64,000 nt of DNA from Myxococcota bacterium (GTDB taxonomy: Bacteria; Myxococcota_A; UBA9160; UBA4427). Position numbers and translations under genes: made by a program. The notes beneath the pieces were generated by a model. The model searched no databases, was not told the origin of the DNA, and worked only from the letters and a program-made list of their open reading frames with translations. The DNA is taken from NCBI GenBank assembly GCA_965250285.1, contig OZ252299.1, positions 5,504,001-5,568,000 of the forward strand, read 5' to 3'. Shown piece by piece: positions 30,170-38,778 of the stretch (the first letter of the stretch is position 1; each line of letters begins with the position of its first letter).

Positions 30170-30287
30170 GGCCGGGGCAGGCGGGGGCACCGTGCTCAGA
30201 CATTCTCGGCGCGACCCACCAGGGAAGTTCGTATGGTGCGCCCGTCGCGCCTGCGAACTGCGCGCGGTCCCCCCGCCTGCCCCGGCC
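30170..30287. repeat. 118-bp nested inverted repeat (MITE-like or structured RNA)
   Basis: 30-bp arms 30170-30199 and 30258-30287 (27/30 complementary), plus inner 8-bp and 5-bp stems. Confidence 0.7.
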
Positions 30288-30547
30288 TCGGGACGCTTCC
30301 GTTTCACCGCCGCACTCTCCGTCAGGAAGCGCTCGCGGCGAGTGGCCTAGCCCTTCCGCTTCCACGCCTCACCCTCGAACGTCTAGCGGGAAGCCATCGA
30401 GTTCAGCGCCCAGAGCTGTTCTCGCATGCGGGGAGTGAGGTCTGCAGAGCATCCCTAGCGGGGTCGCATGCTCTAATCCACCCTTCGGTTTGGACGGTGC
30501 GCAGCTTGGTCGAGCGCGGCCATCGACTCGCCCGGGAGCCGGCGCGC

Positions 30548-30979
30548 ATGGAAGAGGGCAAGCGGATCTATCGAGGAGTGCCCGAGTCGGCTCGTGCGCT
30601 GCAGGACTATCTCGAGCAGCACGGTGTCGAGTCGGTTCTCGAGAGCCATGAAGAGATCGGGGTGCGCAGCCGTACGCGGATGCTGGCGCGGCAGGACGTG
30701 ATCGTGGGGGCCGAGCATCGCGCGCGCGCCGAAACCCTGCGCGATCAGTGGCAGACGTCTACGGCGCTACGGGCGCGCGGGTTGTCGCGTCGCGCGGCCG
30801 GCGTGATCATGGGCAGCCTCATCCCGGTGGGCGTGTGGTTCGTGTGCGAGCGCCTCGCTCTGGACGGCGTGCCCGAGTTCACACTCGAGCGAGGGATCGG
30901 CGTCTGGTTCGTGACGGTGGTCGTGCTCGGACAGATCGAATCGCAACGCCGGGCGGCCGAACGCATCGAGATGCCGTGA
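30548..30979 (+). CDS. Hypothetical membrane protein
   Basis: GGGAG RBS; soluble N-domain plus two TM segments. Confidence 0.65.
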   Translation: MEEGKRIYRGVPESARALQDYLEQHGVESVLESHEEIGVRSRTRMLARQDVIVGAEHRARAETLRDQWQTSTALRARGLSRRAAGVIMGSLIPVGVWFVCERLALDGVPEFTLERGIGVWFVTVVVLGQIESQRRAAERIEMP

Positions 30980-31048
30980 GCGGGCCGGGCGCGGCCGGGA
31001 GATGAAGCCACGGATACGCCGCTTCGCAAGATCCTGACGATCGGCAGC

Positions 31049-31471
31049 ATGGCGCTCGCGTTCGTCTTGCTGGGTGATGGGCTCGCCATGCTGCTGCCTG
31101 GCCCCACGAGCGCAGTCGGCGGGCTGGCGTTGATGCTCGTGGGGCTCATGTGGCTGGTCCTCGCCATGCCGCGCCTGCTCTCGACCGAGGGGCGGCCGTT
31201 CACGGCGATCCTCGTCGCGCGATTCGGGCTGCTCATGGTGCCGCCGCTGGGTGCCCTCATGGCCGGGATCTGGTGGCTCTCGACCCCCGAGGCGCTGTCG
31301 CGCTGGTTTGCCGTTGCGTGGGGCGTCGTCTGGGCGGGCTGTGTCGGGCTTTCGGCGGTCGTGCGTTGTCCGAGCTGCGGGCATCTCTTCAGTCGCCGGG
31401 GGCTTCGGTTCGAGGTTGCCTCGTCGTCATGTCCGCACTGTGGCGCGAACCCGCGAGGCGGGGTCGGGTAG
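31049..31471 (+). CDS. Membrane protein with C-terminal zinc ribbon
   Basis: Four TM segments, CPSCG and CPHCG; start uncertain. Confidence 0.7.
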   Translation: MALAFVLLGDGLAMLLPGPTSAVGGLALMLVGLMWLVLAMPRLLSTEGRPFTAILVARFGLLMVPPLGALMAGIWWLSTPEALSRWFAVAWGVVWAGCVGLSAVVRCPSCGHLFSRRGLRFEVASSSCPHCGANPRGGVG

Positions 31472-31615
31472 ACGGCACCGATGGGGCCCGATAGCGAGAA
31501 GGCGGAGGGGGCCGCGTGGTAGCATCGCGGTGTCACGTCGCTGGCGAGCGCGCGACCAACCGAACGCTCGTTGGGTGATGTGAGCCCTCGCAACGTCCAG
31601 ATAAGGGCCAACGTC

Positions 31616-32176
31616 ATGGCCTACACCCTGCGCGCCGTCGGCGAAGCCGATCTCGACCGTCTCTTCGACCTGCTCTCGATCCCCGACGTGTACGCGTACT
31701 TGAGCGACGGCGTCGCGCCCGACCGCGCGATCGTCGCGGCCTGGGTCACCGAGGCGTTGCAGGCCGCCCCGCCGCAGGGTCTGTGGATTCTCGAGGAGGC
31801 GCCGGGCGAGGCCGCGGGCTGTGTTCGGCTCTCGGCCGTCGAGGACGGCTCGGCCTCGGCCGAGCTTACGTACGTGCTGCACCCGTCGGTCTGGGGCCGC
31901 GGCCTGGCGACGACGATGAGCCGCACGGTGATCGCGCGAGCCTTTGAAACCCCGACCTGTCAGACGATCTTTGCGGGCGCCGACGCGCCCAACGCGCGGT
32001 CGATCGAGGTCATGAAGCGACTCGGCATGCGCGCATGGCGCGAGGTCAGCTATCCAGCCGGGCTCGGGGTCGAATATCTGCTGCACCGCGACGCGTTCGA
32101 TCCGACCGCGCCGAAGCTCGCCTGGGCAGAGCGCTTGGCTCGAGGGCTGTGTGGCAGTCTGGAAAGAGAGGGATGA
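31616..32176 (+). CDS. GNAT (RimJ/RimL-like) acetyltransferase
   Basis: ELTYVLHPSVWGRGLA; NARSIEVMKRLGM. Confidence 0.88.
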   Translation: MAYTLRAVGEADLDRLFDLLSIPDVYAYLSDGVAPDRAIVAAWVTEALQAAPPQGLWILEEAPGEAAGCVRLSAVEDGSASAELTYVLHPSVWGRGLATTMSRTVIARAFETPTCQTIFAGADAPNARSIEVMKRLGMRAWREVSYPAGLGVEYLLHRDAFDPTAPKLAWAERLARGLCGSLEREG

Positions 32177-32177
32177 C

Positions 32178-32525
32178 GTGGCCGATGACGTCGACGACTT
32201 CTTCTCGCGATACGAAGCCGAGGTGCGAGAGACCGCCCGTGCACTGCGCGCAGCGCTTCGTCGCATCGCGCCGGACGCGAACGAGACGCTGCACGTCGGC
32301 TGGAAGTGCGTTTCGTATGGAACCGCCAAGAAGTTCTGCGCCATCGCCCCGCACACGAGCTCGGTCAATCTGCAGTTTCATGCGGGGGCTGCGCTCGACG
32401 ATCCGCGCGGGTTGCTGACCGGCACCGGCAAGTCGATGCGACACGTGAAGCTCGTCGCGGCGAAGGACGTTCGGCGGGCCGGCCTCGCGAAGTTGATCCG
32501 TGAGGCGGCGAAGCAGGCCGGCTAG
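32178..32525 (+). CDS. DUF1801 (YdhG-like) protein
   Basis: LDDPRGLLTGTGKSMRHVK. Confidence 0.88.
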   Translation: MADDVDDFFSRYEAEVRETARALRAALRRIAPDANETLHVGWKCVSYGTAKKFCAIAPHTSSVNLQFHAGAALDDPRGLLTGTGKSMRHVKLVAAKDVRRAGLAKLIREAAKQAG

Positions 32526-32561
32526 CCGCGCCAGCGCTCGGCGCGGCAGGAGGAGGCGCGC

Positions 32562-32843
32562 GTGCAGTTTGCCAAGCGATTGCGACCGCTCGTACAGAGC
32601 GGCGAAGTCACCTGCAGCGTGCGCATCTGGAAACAGCCGCGTGTCAAGGTCGGGGGGCGATACGCTCTGCCGCCGGGTGAGATCGAGGTGCTTTCGATCA
32701 CGGGCCTCACGCGAAGGCAGCTCACCCGTGAGCTGGCGATTCGCTCGGGCTTCGAGTCGGTCGACGACCTGCTCGAGATCGCGCAGCACGGCACGGGCGA
32801 GTGCATCTTTCTCGTCGAGTTCTGCTACCACGATCCCGTGTAG
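32562..32843 (+). CDS. ASCH-like small protein
   Basis: GEVTCSVRIW, KVGGRY, SGFESVDDL; AGGAGG RBS. Confidence 0.75.
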   Translation: MQFAKRLRPLVQSGEVTCSVRIWKQPRVKVGGRYALPPGEIEVLSITGLTRRQLTRELAIRSGFESVDDLLEIAQHGTGECIFLVEFCYHDPV

Positions 32844-32934
32844 GCGAGTCGCCGCCGCGATTGATCGGTGCACGTCGAAAGGGGCATACTCGTGAGGTCG
32901 GCGCGGTCGCTGGCCGCGAGCCAACCCCTGGGAG

Positions 32935-33381
32935 ATGAAGGTGGACGATTCGATCCTCAGCCGTGTCACCGAAGAGGTCGAGGGGCTGCACGCCTTCTTC
33001 GTCGAGTGGTTCTCGGGGCGTTCAGCGGAGGGCGACTTCGAGTCGGGCTTCTCCGTGCGATTCGCCGAAGACCTCGTGTTCATTCCGCCGGCGGGCACGC
33101 TGCTCGGGCTCTCGGATCTCTCGTCAGCGGTCCATGCAGGGCACGGCTCGAATGCCGAATTCCGGGTCCAGATCCGCAACGTGCGGATCCATCGCGAATT
33201 TGGTGGGTGCGTGCTCGCCACCTATGAAGAGTGGCAGCGCAACGCGCTCGCCTCGACGCCGCCCGACAACGCGCGGCTCGCGACGGTGCTCTTTCGCATG
33301 GGCGATCGCCTCGAGTGGCTGCACATTCACGAGACGTGGCTGCCGGCCGAGGTGATGGCGCAGGGCCCGTACGACTTCTGA
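32935..33381 (+). CDS. NTF2-like (DUF4440-like) protein
   Basis: LHAFFVEWF, LATYEEWQ, WLHIHETWL. Confidence 0.8.
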   Translation: MKVDDSILSRVTEEVEGLHAFFVEWFSGRSAEGDFESGFSVRFAEDLVFIPPAGTLLGLSDLSSAVHAGHGSNAEFRVQIRNVRIHREFGGCVLATYEEWQRNALASTPPDNARLATVLFRMGDRLEWLHIHETWLPAEVMAQGPYDF

Positions 33382-33442
33382 GCGCGAGGCCAACCCGCTC
33401 GCGCGCGTCTGCGCGCGACATCGACGCAAGAGGAGAGGGTTC

Positions 33443-33889
33443 ATGCTGCCCATCGAAGCCGTCAACCACGTCGGGATCCGCGTGGGCGAGAAGGAGCGTT
33501 CGGTGGCGTTCTATGGAGGCCTCGGCTTCGAGCTCGTTCGCGATGCCGGCTTCGAGTCGGGGCATCCCGTGATCATGCGTCACGCGTCGGGGGTCGTGCT
33601 GAACCTGCTCGGGCCCGCGAACGCAGTTGACGGGTCGAACATCTTGATGGACGTCCCCGAGAAGCACCCGGGCATCACGCACGTCGCGCTGACCGTCTCG
33701 TCGCTCGAACGCACGCGCGCCTTCCTCGCCGAGCACGACATCGAGATCACGGGCTCGTTCTCGTTCGGGGACATGTCGGCCGTGTTCATCCGCGACCCCG
33801 ATCGCAACGTGATCGAGCTCGATGCCTATTGCGGGCCCACCGAGGCCCACCCCACCGACGGCTCGGGCTACTCGAATCATCCCGACTGA
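33443..33889 (+). CDS. VOC/glyoxalase family protein
   Basis: VNHVGIRV, THVAL, FIRDPDRNVIEL. Confidence 0.9.
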   Translation: MLPIEAVNHVGIRVGEKERSVAFYGGLGFELVRDAGFESGHPVIMRHASGVVLNLLGPANAVDGSNILMDVPEKHPGITHVALTVSSLERTRAFLAEHDIEITGSFSFGDMSAVFIRDPDRNVIELDAYCGPTEAHPTDGSGYSNHPD

Positions 33890-33925
33890 CGGCGCTGCGA
33901 CGCCGGCGGAACGATCGGAGCCTGC

Positions 33926-34357
33926 ATGAAGGCCACGTCGCTCGTACTCGGCCCGCTGCAACAGGTCGCGCTCTCGGTGCGCGACCTCGATCGCAGCGTC
34001 GCCTTTTTTCGCGATGGCGTTGGCCTGGAGCAGATCGCCGTGATCGACCCGCCCGGCATCGCGTTCTTTCGCCTCGGTGAGACGCGCCTGCTGCTCGAGC
34101 GCAGCGCATCGGTCTCGCCCGGCGCGGCCACGCTCTACTTTCGTGTGGCCGACATCGACGCTGCCCACGCTGCTCTCCGGGCGCGCGGGATCGAGTTCGA
34201 GCAACCGCCGCATCTGATCCACAGAGACGATTCGGGGACGTTCGGCGCGGCCGGCGAAGAAGAGTGGATGGCCTTCTTCAAGGATCCCGACGGCCACGAT
34301 CTCGCGATTGCGGCGCGCATGCGGGGCCGGACCGGAGCCGGAGAGCGACCGCGGTGA
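33926..34357 (+). CDS. VOC/glyoxalase family protein
   Basis: QVALSVRDLDRSVAFF, WMAFFKDPDGH. Confidence 0.9.
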   Translation: MKATSLVLGPLQQVALSVRDLDRSVAFFRDGVGLEQIAVIDPPGIAFFRLGETRLLLERSASVSPGAATLYFRVADIDAAHAALRARGIEFEQPPHLIHRDDSGTFGAAGEEEWMAFFKDPDGHDLAIAARMRGRTGAGERPR

Positions 34358-34450
34358 CGATCGTGGCCTTCGACGCCGCTCGTTTCGGTGACGTGGTCGA
34401 GCTGTCACTCAAGGCCTGGGCCCCGTCTTCGTGTCGCTTCGAAGCGAGAG
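34354..34450 (+). pseudogene. N-terminal remnant of a GNAT-like gene
   Basis: Coupled GTGA start; TIVAFDAARFGDVVELSLKAWAP then frameshifted VFVSLRSE, after which coding character is lost. Confidence 0.45.
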
Positions 34451-34750
34451 GCTGCCCGCGGCGGCGAGGCGCGCAGCCCTGAGGCTGGCAAACGAGCGGA
34501 AGCTCGAATTCGGTCAGAACGCCGCATCCGCCGAGGGATCGCGCGCGCACCCCGCCGGTCTCTCGCGTGCCAGCGATCGACCGATCGCTGGGGCCTCTCG
34601 GCCACGCGTGTTCTCGGACGAAAGCAGCCTGCGCTTCGGCCGTTAGGCGGCTTCGGCTTCGCAGGTCGATTCGAGCTGTTCCAGCGATGGCTGCTCTACA
34701 CTCGGCGCCGTCAGTCGCTCGCGAACTCGCGCGGGCGCTCGGAGGTTCTC

Positions 34751-37153
34751 ATGGCACGGCTTCTCTTTATGGTCTCCCTTCTCTTCATCATGGCGTGCGA
34801 TTCGCCTTCGTCCGATCCGACCGAGGCTGCGGCCCCCGAGACTGAAGAGCAGGCCGAGACGGCCGGCATCGAGACGGTCGATGGCGTGATGGTCAAGCAC
34901 GTGCCGGGCTTCGGCGGCGTCATCGCGCGGAGCTACGACGACAGCGAAGAGTGGTGGCCGCCCTACGTCGAGCCCGAGGCCGACGCGCCGAACGTGATCA
35001 TCTTCTTGCTCGACGACGTCGGCTTCGCTCAGGTCGGCAGCTTCGGCGGGCTGATCGAGACCCCGAACATCGATGAGCTCGCCGAGAACGGCCTGCGCTT
35101 CAACAACTTCCACACGACGGCGCTCTGCTCGCCTTCTCGGGCCTCATTGATGGCCGGTCGCAATCCGCACTCGATCGGCCTCGGCAGCCATGCGCTCACC
35201 GCCATGGGTTTCCCGGGCTACAACGCGGTCATGCCGCCGTCGGCGAAGTCGGTGGCGAACTACCTGCAGGAGGCGGGCTACGTCAACTATGCGATCGGCA
35301 AGTGGGATCACACGCCGCTCTACGAGGTGTCGCAGGTGGGGCCCTTCGACCGCTGGCCGAGTGGCGAGGGCTTTCAGCACGCGTACACGTACATGGCGGC
35401 CGACGTGCATCAGTTCGTGCCGGTCATGTGGAACGACCACACCCCCGAGCCCTATCGCAAGTCGGTGCATCTCGATCAGGATCTGGCCGACAAGGCGATC
35501 GAGTGGATCACGGGTCACAAGTCGATCAAGCCCGATCTGCCGTTCATGATGCTCTGGGCCTCGGGCTCGATGCACTCGCCGCATCACGCACCCGACAGCC
35601 ACATCGACAAATACGCCGGCCAGTTCGACGAGGGTTGGGACGTCGCCCGCGAGAAGATCATCGAGCGCCAGAAGGCCCTGGGCATCATCCCGGCCGACAC
35701 GGTGCTGACCGAGCGCATCGACGACATCCCGGCGTGGGATTCACTCACGGATGAGGAGAAGAAGCTCTACGCGCGGCAGATGGAGGTCTTCGCCGCGCAG
35801 ATGGAGTGGGTCGACCTGCAGATCGGCCGGGTCGTCGACGAGCTCGAGCGGATCGGCGAGCTCGACAACACGCTGATCTTCGTTACGGCCGACAACGGCG
35901 CGAGTGGCGAGGGTGGCCTGGCGGGCACGTTCAATGAGACGTACGTGCTGAACGGGCTTCAGACGCCGCTGCAGGACAACCTCGACAACTTTGAGGTGTG
36001 GGGCACGGCGGCGAGCTACCCGCACTACCACGCGGGCTGGGCGATGGCCGGCAACACGCCCTTCCGGTACTTCAAGCAGAGCGAGCATCGCGGCGGTCAG
36101 CAGGATCATCTCGTCGTGCACTGGCCGAAGGGGATCGAAGCCAAGGGCGAGATCCGGAGCCAGTATCACCACATCACCGACATCGCGCCGACGATCCTCG
36201 AGGCGGCGGGGGTCGACGTGCCCGAGAGCTACCACGGTGTCGAGCAGCAGCCGATGGACGGTGTCTCGATGATGTATGCGTTCGATGCGCCCGACGCGCC
36301 GAATCGCAAGGAGCGCCAGTACTACGAGATGTTCGGCAACCGCGCGATCTGGGTCGACGGCTGGAAGGCGGTCACGATCCACGCGAACCGCATGCCCTGG
36401 GAGCTGGCCGTGACGCTGCCTTTCGATCAGGACAAGTGGGAGCTCTACCACGTCGCCGAAGACTTCTCGGAAGCCCACGACCTCGCGGATCAGAACCCCG
36501 AGAAGCTGAAGGAGCTGATCGAGATCTTCGACGAAGAGGCGTGGAAGTACAACGTGTACCCGCTCTACGACGACATGATCGCGCGCGTCGCGAGCCAGCA
36601 GGATCGGCTGTTCGGCGACAAGAAGGAGTTCGTCTATTTCGCGCCCGGCGCGGTGCGCATCGCCGAGAAGTCTTCGGCCCCGGTCAAGAACCGAGCGCAC
36701 ACGATCGAGACGAAGCTCGATCTGAAGGGCGGCGAAGAAGGTGTGATCCTGGCCGTGGGCGGCATGACCGGCGGCTTCGCGCTCTTCGTCAAGGACGACA
36801 AGCTCTATTACGACTACAACTATCTGAACGGCGTCCACTACGTGCTCGAGTCGCCGAAGCTCGAGCCGGGTGAGGTCGAGGTGAAGTTCAACTTCATCAA
36901 GACCCAGGATTTCGGGGGCACCGGCGAGCTGTTCGTGAACGGCGAGAAGGTCGACGAGGTCGAGATGCCGCTGATGCACATCAGCACCTACTCGCTCGCC
37001 GAGACCTTCGACATCGGTCGCGACACGGGCACGCAGGTCTCGGCGCTCTATGCCGATCCATTCCCCTACGACGGCGCGCTCGATCGCGTGACGATCCGAA
37101 TCGGCGACGGGGCCGAGGTGCCGCCGCGCGTGCTGGGAACGGGCGTCTACTGA
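34751..37153 (+). CDS. Arylsulfatase (formylglycine-dependent), lipoprotein
   Basis: GGAGG RBS; IMAC lipobox; LLDDVG, CSPSR, GKWDH, DNG. Confidence 0.95.
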   Translation: MARLLFMVSLLFIMACDSPSSDPTEAAAPETEEQAETAGIETVDGVMVKHVPGFGGVIARSYDDSEEWWPPYVEPEADAPNVIIFLLDDVGFAQVGSFGGLIETPNIDELAENGLRFNNFHTTALCSPSRASLMAGRNPHSIGLGSHALTAMGFPGYNAVMPPSAKSVANYLQEAGYVNYAIGKWDHTPLYEVSQVGPFDRWPSGEGFQHAYTYMAADVHQFVPVMWNDHTPEPYRKSVHLDQDLADKAIEWITGHKSIKPDLPFMMLWASGSMHSPHHAPDSHIDKYAGQFDEGWDVAREKIIERQKALGIIPADTVLTERIDDIPAWDSLTDEEKKLYARQMEVFAAQMEWVDLQIGRVVDELERIGELDNTLIFVTADNGASGEGGLAGTFNETYVLNGLQTPLQDNLDNFEVWGTAASYPHYHAGWAMAGNTPFRYFKQSEHRGGQQDHLVVHWPKGIEAKGEIRSQYHHITDIAPTILEAAGVDVPESYHGVEQQPMDGVSMMYAFDAPDAPNRKERQYYEMFGNRAIWVDGWKAVTIHANRMPWELAVTLPFDQDKWELYHVAEDFSEAHDLADQNPEKLKELIEIFDEEAWKYNVYPLYDDMIARVASQQDRLFGDKKEFVYFAPGAVRIAEKSSAPVKNRAHTIETKLDLKGGEEGVILAVGGMTGGFALFVKDDKLYYDYNYLNGVHYVLESPKLEPGEVEVKFNFIKTQDFGGTGELFVNGEKVDEVEMPLMHISTYSLAETFDIGRDTGTQVSALYADPFPYDGALDRVTIRIGDGAEVPPRVLGTGVY

Positions 37154-37237
37154 TCGAGCAGCATGATGCCGGAAGCGGGCGTCGACTGATCGAGCCGCGC
37201 GGTGCTGGGAACGGGCGTCTACTGATCGAACCGCGCG
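37130..37237 (+). repeat. 3 x 36-bp tandem repeat of the sulfatase 3' end
   Basis: Units at 37130, 37166 and 37202; units 1 and 3 identical over 28 nt; TGA kept in all three. Confidence 0.9.
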
Positions 37238-37353
37238 GTCGGCGGGGCGGTGCCGCCGCCTCTGCCTCTGCGCCCGCCCCCGCCCGCTTTGGCGGGCGGC
37301 CGGGCGGTGCCCCCACCGCGGCGCGAGGGCGCGGCGCGACATAGAATTGTCGC

Positions 37354-38274
37354 ATGCCCAGTCTGCCCGAGCGCTCTCGAATCTATCAGTGCCACCACTT
37401 CGACGGAACGCGTTGGGACTATCTCGAGCGGCGCCCCGACGACATCATCATCGCCACGTCGTACAAGGCCGGGACGACCTGGACCCAGGCGATCGTGGCG
37501 CATCTGCTCTGGCCGGGTGGCGACCTGCCGGCGCCGCCCTCCGTGCTGTCGCCGTGGCTCGACATGCGAGCCGTTCCGCTCGAGGTTGCGCTCAACGAGC
37601 TGAAGGCCCAGGCGCATCGGCGCTTCATCAAGACGCACCTGCCCTTCGACGGCATGATCTACGACGAGCGCTGGAAGTATCTCTACGTCGCGCGGGATGC
37701 ACGCGATGTCTTCATGTCGCTGTGGAACCACTACACGAACATGACCGACGAGATCAAGGCGCTCTTCAACACGCTGCCGGGCCGCGTCGGCGACCCCTTC
37801 CCCGAGCCGCCCGACGACATCCACACGTTCTGGCGCGACTGGATGACCAAGGGCTGGTTCGACACCGATACCGACGGTTACCCGTACTGGTCGCACCTCA
37901 CGAACGTGCAGTCGTGGTGGGATGTCCGAGATCGGCCGAACATCCAGCTGATTCACTACGCCGACCTGCTGGCCGACACCGAAGGGGAGATGCGCCGCAT
38001 CGCCGACTACCTCGAGATCGACGTGCCCGAAGATCACTGGCCGTCGATCGTCGAAGCGGTTTCGTTCAAGAACATGAAAGAGAAGGGCGAGGTCTATGCA
38101 CCCGCCGGCGGCACGATGTGGAAGGGCGGCGCCAAGACGTTCCTGCACAAGGGCACGAACGGGCGCTGGCGCGAGGTGCTCTCCGACGAAGAGCTCGAGC
38201 TCTACGATGCCGCGTGCGATCGGGCGCTCTCGGCCGATTGCCGAGCGTGGCTCGAGACGGGCGGAACGGTCTAG
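37354..38274 (+). CDS. Sulfotransferase (Sulfotransfer_1 family)
   Basis: SYKAGTTW PAPS loop, IKTHLP, RDARDVFMS, KGTNGRW. Confidence 0.92.
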   Translation: MPSLPERSRIYQCHHFDGTRWDYLERRPDDIIIATSYKAGTTWTQAIVAHLLWPGGDLPAPPSVLSPWLDMRAVPLEVALNELKAQAHRRFIKTHLPFDGMIYDERWKYLYVARDARDVFMSLWNHYTNMTDEIKALFNTLPGRVGDPFPEPPDDIHTFWRDWMTKGWFDTDTDGYPYWSHLTNVQSWWDVRDRPNIQLIHYADLLADTEGEMRRIADYLEIDVPEDHWPSIVEAVSFKNMKEKGEVYAPAGGTMWKGGAKTFLHKGTNGRWREVLSDEELELYDAACDRALSADCRAWLETGGTV

Positions 38275-38678
38275 GTCGTCAGAACGGGCTCTTCGGCAGG
38301 CACCGGCGCGGGCGGCCGCTCGTCGAGCCAGGCGCGCGCCATGCGCACGTCGCGAAACACCTGGTAGTCGATCTCGAGATTGATCGCGAAGGCCGTGAAC
38401 ATGCGGGCGACGCCGAAGTGCAGGTCGCTCTCGGCAACGATGGCGACGCGGCTGCCGTCCCAGATCTCGATCAGACGCTCGACCTCGAGCAGCATCTGAC
38501 GCAGTTCACCGGTCGCACTGGGGCCTTCGACGGACGGGCGCACATCCCAGAGGTAGCGCCGCGCGCCGCGCCAGTCGGTCTCGCGAATGAGCTGGATCAT
38601 CTCGGCGACCTCGAAGGTCGGGCCGGGGGTGAGGATCCAGAGCTGCTCGGCGGCGTCCCACCGCGATTCGATCGGCAC
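38271..38678 (-). CDS. Hypothetical STAS/SpoIIAA-like protein
   Basis: RVAIVAESDLHFGVARMF, VFRDVRMARAWL. Confidence 0.7.
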   Translation of the reverse strand: MPIESRWDAAEQLWILTPGPTFEVAEMIQLIRETDWRGARRYLWDVRPSVEGPSATGELRQMLLEVERLIEIWDGSRVAIVAESDLHFGVARMFTAFAINLEIDYQVFRDVRMARAWLDERPPAPVPAEEPVLTT

Positions 38679-38778
38679 ATGTGCAGGGTACCGCGATGTG
38701 TGGCGATCTGTCTCGAAATCCGGTGGACCTGTGACACATTGATGGATCGCGCGAGTTCGCGCCCTCGAGCGGGCCGCT

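Larger units (their letters stand above)
630..31525 (+). promoter_or_regulatory. Dispersed extended -10-like motif CGTGRTASNNT, 12 intergenic copies
   Basis: Copies start at 630, 1917, 3240, 5660, 6460, 9745, 10746, 12536, 14326, 21930, 27348 and 31515; fits TGnTAnnnT. Confidence 0.75.

Noticed and set aside
37130..37237. Possible mini-CRISPR (28-nt identical repeats 72 nt apart)
   Set aside because: The apparent spacer is itself a degenerate repeat unit, the repeat is the sulfatase coding end, and no cas genes are present.
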